A DNA stretch of 64,000 nucleotides. It comes from a virus. The stretch lies in the IMG/VR virus record IMGVR_UViG_3300024348_000005, positions 83,744-147,743 of that record; one strand, written 5' to 3'. The notes under the pieces were generated by a model. The model did not search any database, had not been told where the DNA came from, and saw only the letters and a list, made by a program, of their open reading frames with translations. Of the stretch, positions 9,294 to 18,687 are shown piece by piece (the first letter of the stretch is position 1; the number at the start of each line of letters is the position of its first letter). Made by a program: the position numbers and the translations under genes.

Positions 9294-12200
9294 ATGGCAA
9301 ACGAATTTAGAGTCAAAAATGGCCTCGTTGTATCGGGGTCTGCAGAAATACAAAACGATTTAATCGTTCAAGGTACAATAACAGCAAAAGAAATACATAC
9401 AAGTTTAGTTACTTCGTCTGTTATTTTTGAATCAGGTTCGACCAAATTTGGTAACACTAATGATGATACTCATCAATTTACGGGTAGTTTAAATATATCA
9501 GGTTCATTAATTCTTAATGATACCAATTTTTCAGCATTTACTTCAGGAACAAGTGGAACTTCAGGAACGTCAGGTAGTAGTGGAACCGCGGGAACTTCAG
9601 GTTCTTCAGGTTCAAGTGGTTCTTCAGGTTCTAGTGGTAGTTCAGGAACATCCGGTACGTCCGGAACCTCAGGTTCTTCAGGAAGTTCAGGTACTTCAGG
9701 TTCAAGTGGTTCCTCAGGTTTAGCGGGAAGTAGTGGAACATCGGGAACATCAGGTTCTAATGGTTCTTCAGGAACGGCTGGTACTTCAGGTACTTCGGGT
9801 TCTTCAGGAACTGGCGGAACGTCAGGTTCTTCAGGTTCTAGTGGTTCATCAGGAACTTCGGGTTCATCAGGAAGTTCAGGTAGTTCAGGTACGAGCGGAA
9901 CATCGGGGTCTAGTGGGTCTTCAGGAACATCAGGTTCTTCAGGTTCAAGTGGTTCTTCAGGTTTAAGTGGATCTTCAGGTTCAAGTGGTTCTTCAGGAAC
10001 AGCAGGAACTTCAGGTTCATCAGGAACAAGTGGAACCGCAGGCACTTCGGGTACCTCGGGAAGTTCAGGTAGTAGTGGTAGTAGTGGTAGTAACGGCACA
10101 TCGGGTAGTTCGGGAAGTTCAGGTTCAAGTGGAACATCAGGTTCCTCAGGTAGTTCAGGTTCTTCAGGAACTGCGGGTACAAGTGGGTCTTCAGGTACAT
10201 CAGGTTCTTCGGGTTCAAGCGGAACATCTGGTTCTAGTGGTTCTTCAGGAACTGCAGGAACATCAGGTTCAAGTGGTAGTTCAGGTGTATCAGGTACAAG
10301 TGGAAGTTCGGGTAGTACCGGCACGTCAGGTACATCAGGTACTTCAGGTTCAAGCGGTTCTTCGGGTTCTTCAGGAAGTTCAGGTATTAGTGGTACTAAT
10401 GGAACGTCAGGAACAAGTGGTAGTAGTGGTTCAAGTGGAACATCAGGTTCTAGTGGTTCAAGTGGAAGTTCTGGCACATCAGGTACAAGTGGAAGTTCTG
10501 GTACATCGGGGTCTTCAGGTTCAAGCGGTACATCTGGTAGTTCAGGTTCTTCAGGTACCGCAGGAACAAGTGGTTCAAACGGAACGTCAGGAACGTCCGG
10601 TTCGAGTGGAAGTTCTGGTGTGTCGGGTAGTTCAGGTGTATCAGGTTCATCAGGAACATCAGGTACTAGTGGTTCATCAGGTTCAAGTGGTTCATCAGGA
10701 AGTTCGGGTACATCAGGTTCTTCTGGTAGTAGTGGAACAAATGGACTTACGGGTACATCAGGAACATCAGGTTCATCTGGTTCAACAACAGTTGGGGCAT
10801 ATGAATCTATGACTGTTACATCGGGAAGTACCACATGGAACTTTCAACACAATTTAGGAGCAAAATATCCTGTTTTTCAAGTATTTGACCAAAATGATAA
10901 AGTCATAATACCGACTGAAATACGTGTTATAGATTTATACAATGCTGAAATTTTATTTTCACAACCTCAAACAGGAACAGTTAGTGTTACGTTAGGTAAA
11001 AGTGGAGGAGGATCATCGGGTACTTCAGGTAGTTCAGGTAGTTCAGGAACAAGTGGTACTTCGGGTTTAAGTGGTTCAAGCGGAAGTTCTGGATTATCAG
11101 GTACTAACGGTTCATCAGGTTCTAGTGGTACTGCAGGTTCTTCAGGAACAAGTGGAGCGTCGGGTTCATCTGGTTCAGGTGGTACTTCAGGTTCATCAGG
11201 AACAAGTGGTAGAGATGGTATTGGAGGTACAACACAAACATTTGCATCATCCACAACATGGTCTGTAGCTCATAATTTAGGTACTGATTTTCCGGTGGTA
11301 ACTGTTTGGGATGATAATAAAAATGTTGTCATTCCAAATCAAATAAAATCAATTAATTCAAACAATCTTGATGTTTATTTTGGTAATCCAATTTCAGGTA
11401 GTATTAATGTAGTTTATGGTGGACACGTTGTTAGTGGTGCTATTGATACATCGGCAGTTGGACACATTGTACCATCACTTGATAATACATATGATTTAGG
11501 ATCACCATCAAAACAATTTAGAGACTTATACTTATCAAGTGCTTCGTTATATATTGATGGACAAAAAGTTTTAAGTTCAACAAATCAAGAATTACAGATT
11601 ACAACCGATACGGGTCAATCAATTAAGATTTTAGAAGATGGTAGTGATAATATAATTTTACAAACTGTTGATGGTGATGTTGAATTAAAATCTTCGGGTG
11701 GAGGTGATATATTATTAGACCCTACCGCAGGTTTAATTTCGGTTAAAGGAACATTACAAGTACAAGATGGTAGTAAAATTACAAGTTCAGGAGCAACTAA
11801 AGTTGTTTTTGGAAATGATATTGAGGTAACAGGTTCAATTAGAACAAATGGTACATTGATTATAAATGGTGTTTCATTCTCAGCAATGACATCAGGAACC
11901 TCAGGAACAAGTGGTACTAGTGGTTCATCAGGTACTAGTGGGTCTTCAGGTTCTAATGGATCAAGTGGTTCATCAGGAACAGCTGGTAGTTCGGGGTCTA
12001 GTGGAACATCAGGTTCTGGTGGTTCATCAGGAACTGCCGGTACAAGTGGAACGTCAGGTTCAAGTGGAACATCAGGTAGTTCGGGGTCTAATGGTTCAAG
12101 TGGTTCATCGGGAGATTCAATATTTGCACAAACAGGGTCTATATGGTCAGCAACTAAAGATGTTGAAATTACCGGCTCATTAAAAGTTAAAGGTGCAATT

Positions 12201-13037
12201 ACAGCCGACGAACTTTATATGACATATGTCACATCATCCGTTATGTATTCATCAGGGTCAACTAAATTTGGTGATACATTAGATGATACACATCAAGTTA
12301 CGGGTAGTTTAAGTATAACAGGTTCATTATCGATAAATGGAACATCATATACCGCGGCAACATCAGGAACTAGTGGTTCATCAGGAACATCAGGAACTGC
12401 TGGTTCTTCAGGAACGTCAGGTTCTAGCGGTAGTAATGGTTCTTCAGGAACGTCAGGTTCTAGCGGAACTTCAGGTTCAAGCGGTTCTTCAGGAACATCA
12501 GGTTCTTCAGGAACATCAGGTTCATCAGGTTCATCAGGTAGTTCAGGTTCATCAGGTACATCGGGAAGTAGTGGTTCTTCAGGTTCTAGCGGAACTTCAG
12601 GTTCTTCAGGTTCTTCAGGTACATCGGGAAGTAGTGGTTCTTCAGGTTCTAGCGGAACTTCAGGAAGTTCAGGTTCTAACGGTTCTTCAGGTTCTAGTGG
12701 TACAACAACAATCACAAATGCGGTTGATAATAGAGTAATGACGAGTGTTGGTGGTGTTACATTAAATGCTGAAGCCAATTTAACATTTGACGGATCAACA
12801 TTAACGGTAGCGGGTAACGTTTTACCTGAAGCAACCGGAACAAGAGATTTGGGTTCTTCATCATATCGTTGGAGTACAGTTTATACATCGGATTTATCCT
12901 TAAACAACGGAATAGGTGATTGGACAATAGTAGAAGGTGAAGATGATTTATTCTTATACAATAATAAGAAGGGTAAAGTTTACAAATTTGCATTAACCGA
13001 AGTTGACCCTAATGTTGCAACTCCTAAAAAATCTTAA
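9294..13037 (+). CDS. Modular tail-fibre-like protein (1247 aa) with G-S/T-S tracts
   Basis: N-terminus MANEFRVKNGL parallels MANQFIVKNGL of 3410; C-terminal DLGSSSYRWSTVYTSDL...WTIVEGEDDLFL...KVYKF resembles fibre termini of aquatic myophages. Confidence 0.8.
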   Translation: MANEFRVKNGLVVSGSAEIQNDLIVQGTITAKEIHTSLVTSSVIFESGSTKFGNTNDDTHQFTGSLNISGSLILNDTNFSAFTSGTSGTSGTSGSSGTAGTSGSSGSSGSSGSSGSSGTSGTSGTSGSSGSSGTSGSSGSSGLAGSSGTSGTSGSNGSSGTAGTSGTSGSSGTGGTSGSSGSSGSSGTSGSSGSSGSSGTSGTSGSSGSSGTSGSSGSSGSSGLSGSSGSSGSSGTAGTSGSSGTSGTAGTSGTSGSSGSSGSSGSNGTSGSSGSSGSSGTSGSSGSSGSSGTAGTSGSSGTSGSSGSSGTSGSSGSSGTAGTSGSSGSSGVSGTSGSSGSTGTSGTSGTSGSSGSSGSSGSSGISGTNGTSGTSGSSGSSGTSGSSGSSGSSGTSGTSGSSGTSGSSGSSGTSGSSGSSGTAGTSGSNGTSGTSGSSGSSGVSGSSGVSGSSGTSGTSGSSGSSGSSGSSGTSGSSGSSGTNGLTGTSGTSGSSGSTTVGAYESMTVTSGSTTWNFQHNLGAKYPVFQVFDQNDKVIIPTEIRVIDLYNAEILFSQPQTGTVSVTLGKSGGGSSGTSGSSGSSGTSGTSGLSGSSGSSGLSGTNGSSGSSGTAGSSGTSGASGSSGSGGTSGSSGTSGRDGIGGTTQTFASSTTWSVAHNLGTDFPVVTVWDDNKNVVIPNQIKSINSNNLDVYFGNPISGSINVVYGGHVVSGAIDTSAVGHIVPSLDNTYDLGSPSKQFRDLYLSSASLYIDGQKVLSSTNQELQITTDTGQSIKILEDGSDNIILQTVDGDVELKSSGGGDILLDPTAGLISVKGTLQVQDGSKITSSGATKVVFGNDIEVTGSIRTNGTLIINGVSFSAMTSGTSGTSGTSGSSGTSGSSGSNGSSGSSGTAGSSGSSGTSGSGGSSGTAGTSGTSGSSGTSGSSGSNGSSGSSGDSIFAQTGSIWSATKDVEITGSLKVKGAITADELYMTYVTSSVMYSSGSTKFGDTLDDTHQVTGSLSITGSLSINGTSYTAATSGTSGSSGTSGTAGSSGTSGSSGSNGSSGTSGSSGTSGSSGSSGTSGSSGTSGSSGSSGSSGSSGTSGSSGSSGSSGTSGSSGSSGTSGSSGSSGSSGTSGSSGSNGSSGSSGTTTITNAVDNRVMTSVGGVTLNAEANLTFDGSTLTVAGNVLPEATGTRDLGSSSYRWSTVYTSDLSLNNGIGDWTIVEGEDDLFLYNNKKGKVYKFALTEVDPNVATPKKS
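9541..12700 (+). repeat. Coding G-S/T-S tracts (approx. 9541-10785, 11010-11210, 11890-12112, 12360-12700)
   Basis: Tripeptide periodicity; a 50-nt exact duplication with 63-nt period at 12552/12615. Confidence 0.9.
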
Positions 13038-13040
13038 AAT

Positions 13041-13289
13041 ATGGAAAACAGAAAATATATAATTTTTAATGTCAGTGAATTAGATAAAATTGACTTTAAT
13101 CAAGTTCAAGAAACATCAGTAGATACAATTAGAAAATCTGTTGATGAAACATTAACGTTTGTAAAATATGATGGAGATGAAATGCCGTCAAGTGTATCAT
13201 CTTTAACAACAAAACAAGGACCATACACACAAACGGAAATACTTGAAATAATAAACACACCTGAATGGTCTGTAGAGATAACACCTTAA
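13041..13289 (+). CDS. Small hypothetical protein, possibly a fibre accessory or chaperone
   Basis: 82-aa ORF tightly coupled between the fibre and LamG genes. Confidence 0.65.
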   Translation: MENRKYIIFNVSELDKIDFNQVQETSVDTIRKSVDETLTFVKYDGDEMPSSVSSLTTKQGPYTQTEILEIINTPEWSVEITP

Positions 13290-13292
13290 TAG

Positions 13293-14000
13293 ATGCCAAT
13301 TAATATAAACGGAAATATTGTTAATAGTCAAATTGCCAGTACTTTAAATTACAAAAGTATCGTTACTAGAGGATTGAGTATTCATTTTGACGCATCAGCA
13401 AAAGATTCATATCCCGAAACAGGAACCAGTTGGTTTGATTTAGTTACATCTACAACCGGTACTTTACAAAACGGACCAACTTATTCAAGTGATGGTAATG
13501 GGAGTATTTCTTTTGATGGAACAAACGATTATATAAGTACTTCAAATATTTCAACGTCTTTTGCTGGAGGAGCAACATTAGAAATGTGGGTAAATTTAAT
13601 AAGTAAAGATAGAAATCAAGGATTTATAGATTACGGTGGTGGTGGAAAGTATATAAACTTTTATATGCCATCTTCCAATTATATGAGATGGGAAGTAATT
13701 GGAACAACCGCAAATCCATATAATACTATTACTACAACTACTGCTTTTCAAACTGGAATTTGGTATCACGTAGTTGGAACTTTTAATGGTGCTAATATGT
13801 ATCTATATTTAAATGGATCACAACAATCAACTGGAGCGTTGACTAATGTACCCACAGATATGAATGTATCTTTTACGATAGGTAGTTATGCTGGATATGG
13901 AAACGCTAAAATAGCGGTAGGAAGATTTTATAATAGACCATTAACTGCTGCCGAAGTTTTACAAAACTATAACGCACAAAAAAATAGATTTGGATTATAA
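13293..14000 (+). CDS. LamG/concanavalin-A-like domain protein
   Basis: DAS...SYP..GTSWFDL, FDGTNDY, WYHVVGT, YNRPLTAAEVLQNY motifs. Confidence 0.8.
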   Translation: MPININGNIVNSQIASTLNYKSIVTRGLSIHFDASAKDSYPETGTSWFDLVTSTTGTLQNGPTYSSDGNGSISFDGTNDYISTSNISTSFAGGATLEMWVNLISKDRNQGFIDYGGGGKYINFYMPSSNYMRWEVIGTTANPYNTITTTTAFQTGIWYHVVGTFNGANMYLYLNGSQQSTGALTNVPTDMNVSFTIGSYAGYGNAKIAVGRFYNRPLTAAEVLQNYNAQKNRFGL

Positions 14001-14010
14001 AAAATAAATT

Positions 14011-14739
14011 ATGCCATTTAATATAGGAGGACACATATATAACGGAACACATGCGGATGTTGAAGATTATAAAAATGTAATTACTAGAGGATTGGTGTTA
14101 CATTTAGATGCATCAGCACTAGAATCTTATCCAGGTTCAGGAACAAGTTGGAGTGATTTATCAGGAAATAATAATAATGGTACTTTAACAAATGGACCAA
14201 CATTTAGTAGTGGTAATCAAGGGTATATTAATTTTGATGGTACTAATGATTATGTAACTATTCCTGATTCTTCAAATTGGGATTTTGGTACTGGAGAGTT
14301 CTCGATAGAAATGTGGATTTATTTAGATGGAGCTCAACCACAAAATTATTCAGGATATATAGGTACTTTTCAATCAAAATGGCCAGCATCAGGATGGGTT
14401 ATAATGAATTCACCCGGTACTACTATGAGAAATTATTCAAATGACGGAACTTACGAAACAACTATATCAACTAATACTGACTTAAATCAATGGAAACACG
14501 TTGTATTAACTAGAGTTGGTAATACTGGATATATGTATATAAATAATTCATCTGTTGGTACTCAAAGTTGGACTAATGCCGCGTTTAATAATACGGGAAA
14601 CCCTCTTTTAATAGGGGCAGGTAGTGGAGATCATTCTAAAATACGAGTTGCATCTGTTAAAATATATAAAGGAGTTGGTTTTACAAGTACAATGGTTACA
14701 CAAAACTACAACATACAAAAATCAAGGTTTGGTTTATAG
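14011..14739 (+). CDS. LamG/concanavalin-A-like domain protein (paralog of 13293)
   Basis: LHLDAS..SYPGSGTSWSDLSGN, FDGTNDY, WKHVVL; shared RFGL terminus. Confidence 0.8.
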   Translation: MPFNIGGHIYNGTHADVEDYKNVITRGLVLHLDASALESYPGSGTSWSDLSGNNNNGTLTNGPTFSSGNQGYINFDGTNDYVTIPDSSNWDFGTGEFSIEMWIYLDGAQPQNYSGYIGTFQSKWPASGWVIMNSPGTTMRNYSNDGTYETTISTNTDLNQWKHVVLTRVGNTGYMYINNSSVGTQSWTNAAFNNTGNPLLIGAGSGDHSKIRVASVKIYKGVGFTSTMVTQNYNIQKSRFGL

Positions 14740-14757
14740 AAATATTTTTCTTATATT
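14729..14757 (+). promoter_or_regulatory. Sigma70-like promoter TTGGTT-N17-TATATT
   Basis: 17-nt spacing, just upstream of ATG 14764; same architecture at 16140, 39015, 47489 and 56931. Confidence 0.5.
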
Positions 14758-14763
14758 ATAGAT

Positions 14764-15495
14764 ATGAATAATATTGGTATAGGAATAATGTGTTTCGGAG
14801 ACGATTACTATTTTAGAGGTACTAAAGAAAAAGTTAAGGAATTTAATTCTTTAAATTATCCTGTCTATATTATCACAGACAAACCAAATGAATTCCCAAC
14901 TAACAATCTAATAAATGTTATATATTATGATAGACAAATAAAGTCATATCATGATAAAATGTTATTACCAAAATACATTTTAGAGAACCACGAAATTTGT
15001 ATCATATTAGATGCCGATTTACACATCAAAGATTATTCATTTTTAAAAAAATTAAAGGATTACCAATTCTTAGTAGGTATTTCATATATAGACACACTTC
15101 TAAATCATCCGGCAAAAATAGTATTCAATAACAATTTCAATTTTAATGAATTGGAGTGGGTACCTTATAAAAAATACATAGATTATGTTTACGAACCGAT
15201 ATTAGGGTATGAAACAATTTGGGAATATATGTTAATAGTTAATAAATTTGGATTTAACCAAGAGAAGTTCTACAACGAATATGAAAAATTACAAATTGTT
15301 AAAGAATATTCGGATTTGTCAGTAAAAAAAGATATATTAGGTAATGGGGAAGGTATTTCCATAAGAGTAAGTTCAATTTTATCCGATACATTAATACAAA
15401 GAGATTTTGAATTGTATGAAATGATAAAAGATAAGGTTGAAAGTATAAGTAAAAAATTCACAAGACCTGAGTTATGGCCGATATGGATGAAATGA
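14764..15495 (+). CDS. Putative GT-A fold glycosyltransferase-like protein
   Basis: YIITD and IILDAD (DxD) motifs; first gene of the enzyme island. Confidence 0.5.
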   Translation: MNNIGIGIMCFGDDYYFRGTKEKVKEFNSLNYPVYIITDKPNEFPTNNLINVIYYDRQIKSYHDKMLLPKYILENHEICIILDADLHIKDYSFLKKLKDYQFLVGISYIDTLLNHPAKIVFNNNFNFNELEWVPYKKYIDYVYEPILGYETIWEYMLIVNKFGFNQEKFYNEYEKLQIVKEYSDLSVKKDILGNGEGISIRVSSILSDTLIQRDFELYEMIKDKVESISKKFTRPELWPIWMK

Positions 15496-16223
15496 TTAGT
15501 AATCAAGAGTTTATAAAGAAAAACATTACCACGAATGATGGTGAACCGGTTCCATATAGATGGACACATGGGGCAACCGATGAACATTTAGGTGATGGTA
15601 TCCTCGTATACTCTTTAATTCAACACATGAGGTCCAAAAACTGTGTTTGTATAGGTTCGGGTGGTGGATACATACCAAGGATAATAACACAGGCTAGAAT
15701 TGATTTATATAAACAAGGAATATTTGAAGGAAATGGAGACTATAATTGGGGTAACATTGGTGCTACTTATGTTGTTGACGCTTGTAATGGTGTTGGTGGT
15801 CCTAACGATTTGGATAATGAAGACTCATTCTACAGGAAGAAGTTTTATCCGAGGTTTATTAAATCAACTTCTGTCGACGCGTATCATGATTTTTTTGTTA
15901 GACAAGATATTAAAATAGATTTCTTGTTTATCGATGGAGACCACTCATATGAAGGGGTTAAATTAGATTTCGAATTATATTCAAACTTATTATCTGATAA
16001 TGGTATAATTGTTATACACGACACAGATGAACAATATGAAGAATCGATGATTATTTCAGAAGATTCCAAAAAAGACCACCATCGATTTGATGGTCCGGCA
16101 AAATTTATTAAAGAATTACAAAAAAATCCTACCTATAATTTGATTAATTTATTTAATTTTCGTATATTATCTACTAAACCTACATCAAGTGGTTTAACGA
16201 TAATAAACAAAAAACATGATTAG
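15492..16223 (+). CDS. Class I SAM-dependent methyltransferase (Methyltransf_24-like)
   Basis: CIGSGGG, FLFIDGDHSYEGV, IVIHDT; start chosen at the ATGA overlap. Confidence 0.8.
   Translation: MISNQEFIKKNITTNDGEPVPYRWTHGATDEHLGDGILVYSLIQHMRSKNCVCIGSGGGYIPRIITQARIDLYKQGIFEGNGDYNWGNIGATYVVDACNGVGGPNDLDNEDSFYRKKFYPRFIKSTSVDAYHDFFVRQDIKIDFLFIDGDHSYEGVKLDFELYSNLLSDNGIIVIHDTDEQYEESMIISEDSKKDHHRFDGPAKFIKELQKNPTYNLINLFNFRILSTKPTSSGLTIINKKHD
16140..16168 (+). promoter_or_regulatory. Internal sigma70-like promoter TTGATT-N17-TATATT
   Basis: 17-nt spacing, about 48 nt upstream of ATG 16216. Confidence 0.4.
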
Positions 16224-17064
16224 ATTAGTAACAGTTATTGGTCACGGCTCGAACTTAATCCCACATTTTATTAATCATTACGAAACCAAAGTTGATGAAA
16301 TCAACATGGTCGTTTATGTTTCTGACGTTAATCCAAATTTAGAAGAGGAGGTTTATTCAAAGGTTAATAATCACCCAAAAGTAAAGATAGTCTCAATTGT
16401 AAAAGATAGGGTTTTTGACTGGAACAGGGTAACTGAGTTATATAATCAAACAAAAAATTTATATCCGAATGACTGGTGGGTTGTTGCCGACATTGATGAG
16501 TTTCATCTTTATTCAGATTCATTATTACAAATTATACACACTTGTAATAAAAACGGATATGAATTGGTTCGAGGAGGTTTTATAGACAGAATTGGTCGTG
16601 AGGGTGAATTTCCCGAATTAAAAAATGATACATCAATATGGGAACAATTTCCAAACGCAGGTTTTTTTAGATATCCAATGAGTGATGCTTGTCCTAACAA
16701 AGTTTGTATAATGAAAGGACATATTGAAATAACATCCGGACAACATTATGCTAAAATAAATGGACAAACAACTTGGAAATGGCAAGGATGGAATCATCCA
16801 TTAATTAATCCACACGATTCGGTACAGGTTCATCATTTTAAATGGGACTCTACATCAATTGAAAGAATAAAATCTGTGGCATCAATAAAACAAGTCTATG
16901 CATTTTCAGATGAATACAATAAAATGTACAAATCTTTAAATCAAACAAATTTTAAAATTGATTTAATAAATCCTGAATACATGTTTGAACTTGATTTAAA
17001 ATATCCTAAATTTGAACAATACACAAAATGGAATAAACTATATAACAAAATAATATCAATATGA
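16216..17064 (+). CDS. Glycosyltransferase family 2-like protein
   Basis: FINHY, WWVVADIDEF, GQH and VHHFKW motifs. Confidence 0.7.
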   Translation: MIRLVTVIGHGSNLIPHFINHYETKVDEINMVVYVSDVNPNLEEEVYSKVNNHPKVKIVSIVKDRVFDWNRVTELYNQTKNLYPNDWWVVADIDEFHLYSDSLLQIIHTCNKNGYELVRGGFIDRIGREGEFPELKNDTSIWEQFPNAGFFRYPMSDACPNKVCIMKGHIEITSGQHYAKINGQTTWKWQGWNHPLINPHDSVQVHHFKWDSTSIERIKSVASIKQVYAFSDEYNKMYKSLNQTNFKIDLINPEYMFELDLKYPKFEQYTKWNKLYNKIISI

Positions 17065-17267
17065 GTACTAAAGTAGAAAAAGAAATCGACGTTTTAGCGT
17101 TAGAAACAAGAAAAGTAAAGGCGTTAGAAAAAATTGCCAATTCATTAGATGCCCTAACCGTATGGTTTGAGGAAATCGATAAAGAAGAGTGGAGCCAAAG
17201 AACTCAATACTATTTGGCAGAATTTCACACGGCAGTAAAACCAAAAGACCCAACAATAAATGGATAA
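17061..17267 (+). CDS. Hypothetical helical protein
   Basis: 68-aa ORF overlapping both neighbours. Confidence 0.6.
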   Translation: MSTKVEKEIDVLALETRKVKALEKIANSLDALTVWFEEIDKEEWSQRTQYYLAEFHTAVKPKDPTING

Positions 17268-18687
17268 AAAATTAGGGATAATTGTTCCCTATAGAGCAAG
17301 AGAAATTCATTTAGAGACATTTAAAAAGAAAATGACTCAATATCTCAATGCAAGAAAAATGAACTATGAAATAATTGTTGTCCACCAGGACGACGCTAAA
17401 TTATTTAATAGGGGAATGTTATTGAATATTGGTTTTAAAATTGCTGAAAGTTATGAGTGTGATTATGTGGTGTTTCACGATGTCGACATGATTCCATTAA
17501 TTGTCGATTATTCATATAGTGATATTCCATTACATTTAGCAACCGATTTTAAAGGTTCGGAAGGAGAACCTAAAAGAGAACTATTTGAAGAATATTTTGG
17601 AGGAGTAACATTATTCCCAATGGAGGATTTCCGTAAAATTGATGGGTACTCAAACAAATATTGGGGTTGGGGATTTGAAGATACCGATTTGTTACATAGA
17701 TGTCGAAAAAACGATATTAAATTAGATACATGGAAAATTAAAAACACCGGTTCTAATGGACTCGCGTTAAAATTTAATGGACACAATGCATATGTTAAAG
17801 GAATTAATAAATTTAATTTAAATAATAATTTAACAATATTTGTTTCCTTTTATCCTGATGATTTTATATGTAATCACGAAAAAGATTCTGACGATTTTTC
17901 TATTTTTTCAATACCAGGATATGATACCTCAATATCATTTAATTCATTCTCAAGATATAATTTCTGTACATTTAGTGAAGAAGAAAAAAATGTTTTTTAT
18001 GCCAACTCAAATATTAAACCAAATTATAAAACAAATATTTGTGTAAGGTTTAATGTTACTGAAAAAATCATTAGTGTGTTTCAAGATGGTGAATTAATTG
18101 AAGATATAAATCATTTTGAAAAATTAATAAAATACAATAAAGAGTCATTCTTTTATTTAGGTGTTGGAGACCCAAATAGAGAACACGATTTAAAATATTT
18201 TAAAGGACATATGGATTCGTTTGCTGTTTTTAATGACATATTGGAAGATGAAGAGATTAAGGAAATATCAAAAAATCGTTACTTCGGATTAACCCAAAAT
18301 TTCGGTAATTACATATCCTCACACACATTACAAACCTACTACGATGCTAAACATATAAAAGATTATAAATTAATGGATTTATCGGGTAACGGTAACCATG
18401 GTGAAATTGTAAATTGTGAAATAACTGAATTAGAATTTGAACCATATAAAGAAGTAAAAATACCATTTAGAAGAGAATCTAAATTTGGTTCACTTTTTCA
18501 TGAAGAAAATGGTTTCTTCGATAATAAATGGAAACAACAATCAACCAGATGGAATCAATTAAGATTTCAAAATGAAGTTCTATTGGATGATAATTTAATC
18601 AAAAACGATGGACTGTCAACGTTAGAATTCATTGAACACGGCAGAACACATGAAAATAAAATAACACATATTAATATTGGTATATGA
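17260..18687 (+). CDS. GT7 (beta-1,4-galactosyltransferase-like) enzyme with inserted LamG-like domain
   Basis: IVPYR, FNRGMLLNIG, FHDVD, YFGGV, SNKYWGWGFED; central LKFNG...LGVG...FKG..D LamG-like segment; GT7 C-terminal part (H...N..RF...DGL) resumes afterwards. Confidence 0.8.
   Translation: MDKKLGIIVPYRAREIHLETFKKKMTQYLNARKMNYEIIVVHQDDAKLFNRGMLLNIGFKIAESYECDYVVFHDVDMIPLIVDYSYSDIPLHLATDFKGSEGEPKRELFEEYFGGVTLFPMEDFRKIDGYSNKYWGWGFEDTDLLHRCRKNDIKLDTWKIKNTGSNGLALKFNGHNAYVKGINKFNLNNNLTIFVSFYPDDFICNHEKDSDDFSIFSIPGYDTSISFNSFSRYNFCTFSEEEKNVFYANSNIKPNYKTNICVRFNVTEKIISVFQDGELIEDINHFEKLIKYNKESFFYLGVGDPNREHDLKYFKGHMDSFAVFNDILEDEEIKEISKNRYFGLTQNFGNYISSHTLQTYYDAKHIKDYKLMDLSGNGNHGEIVNCEITELEFEPYKEVKIPFRRESKFGSLFHEENGFFDNKWKQQSTRWNQLRFQNEVLLDDNLIKNDGLSTLEFIEHGRTHENKITHINIGI

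Noticed and set aside
3737-12700. Repeat tracts as a CRISPR array or non-coding satellite
   Set aside because: There is no constant repeat with unique spacers; variation is synonymous or conservative and stays in frame.
2010-12778. Long antisense Pro/Glu/Val/Asp ORFs and off-frame VLQVQ-type ORFs over the fibre genes (also 62756-63933)
   Set aside because: These are shadow frames of the 9-nt G-S-S repeat, which lacks stops in other frames; they are confined to the repeat tracts and their flanks.
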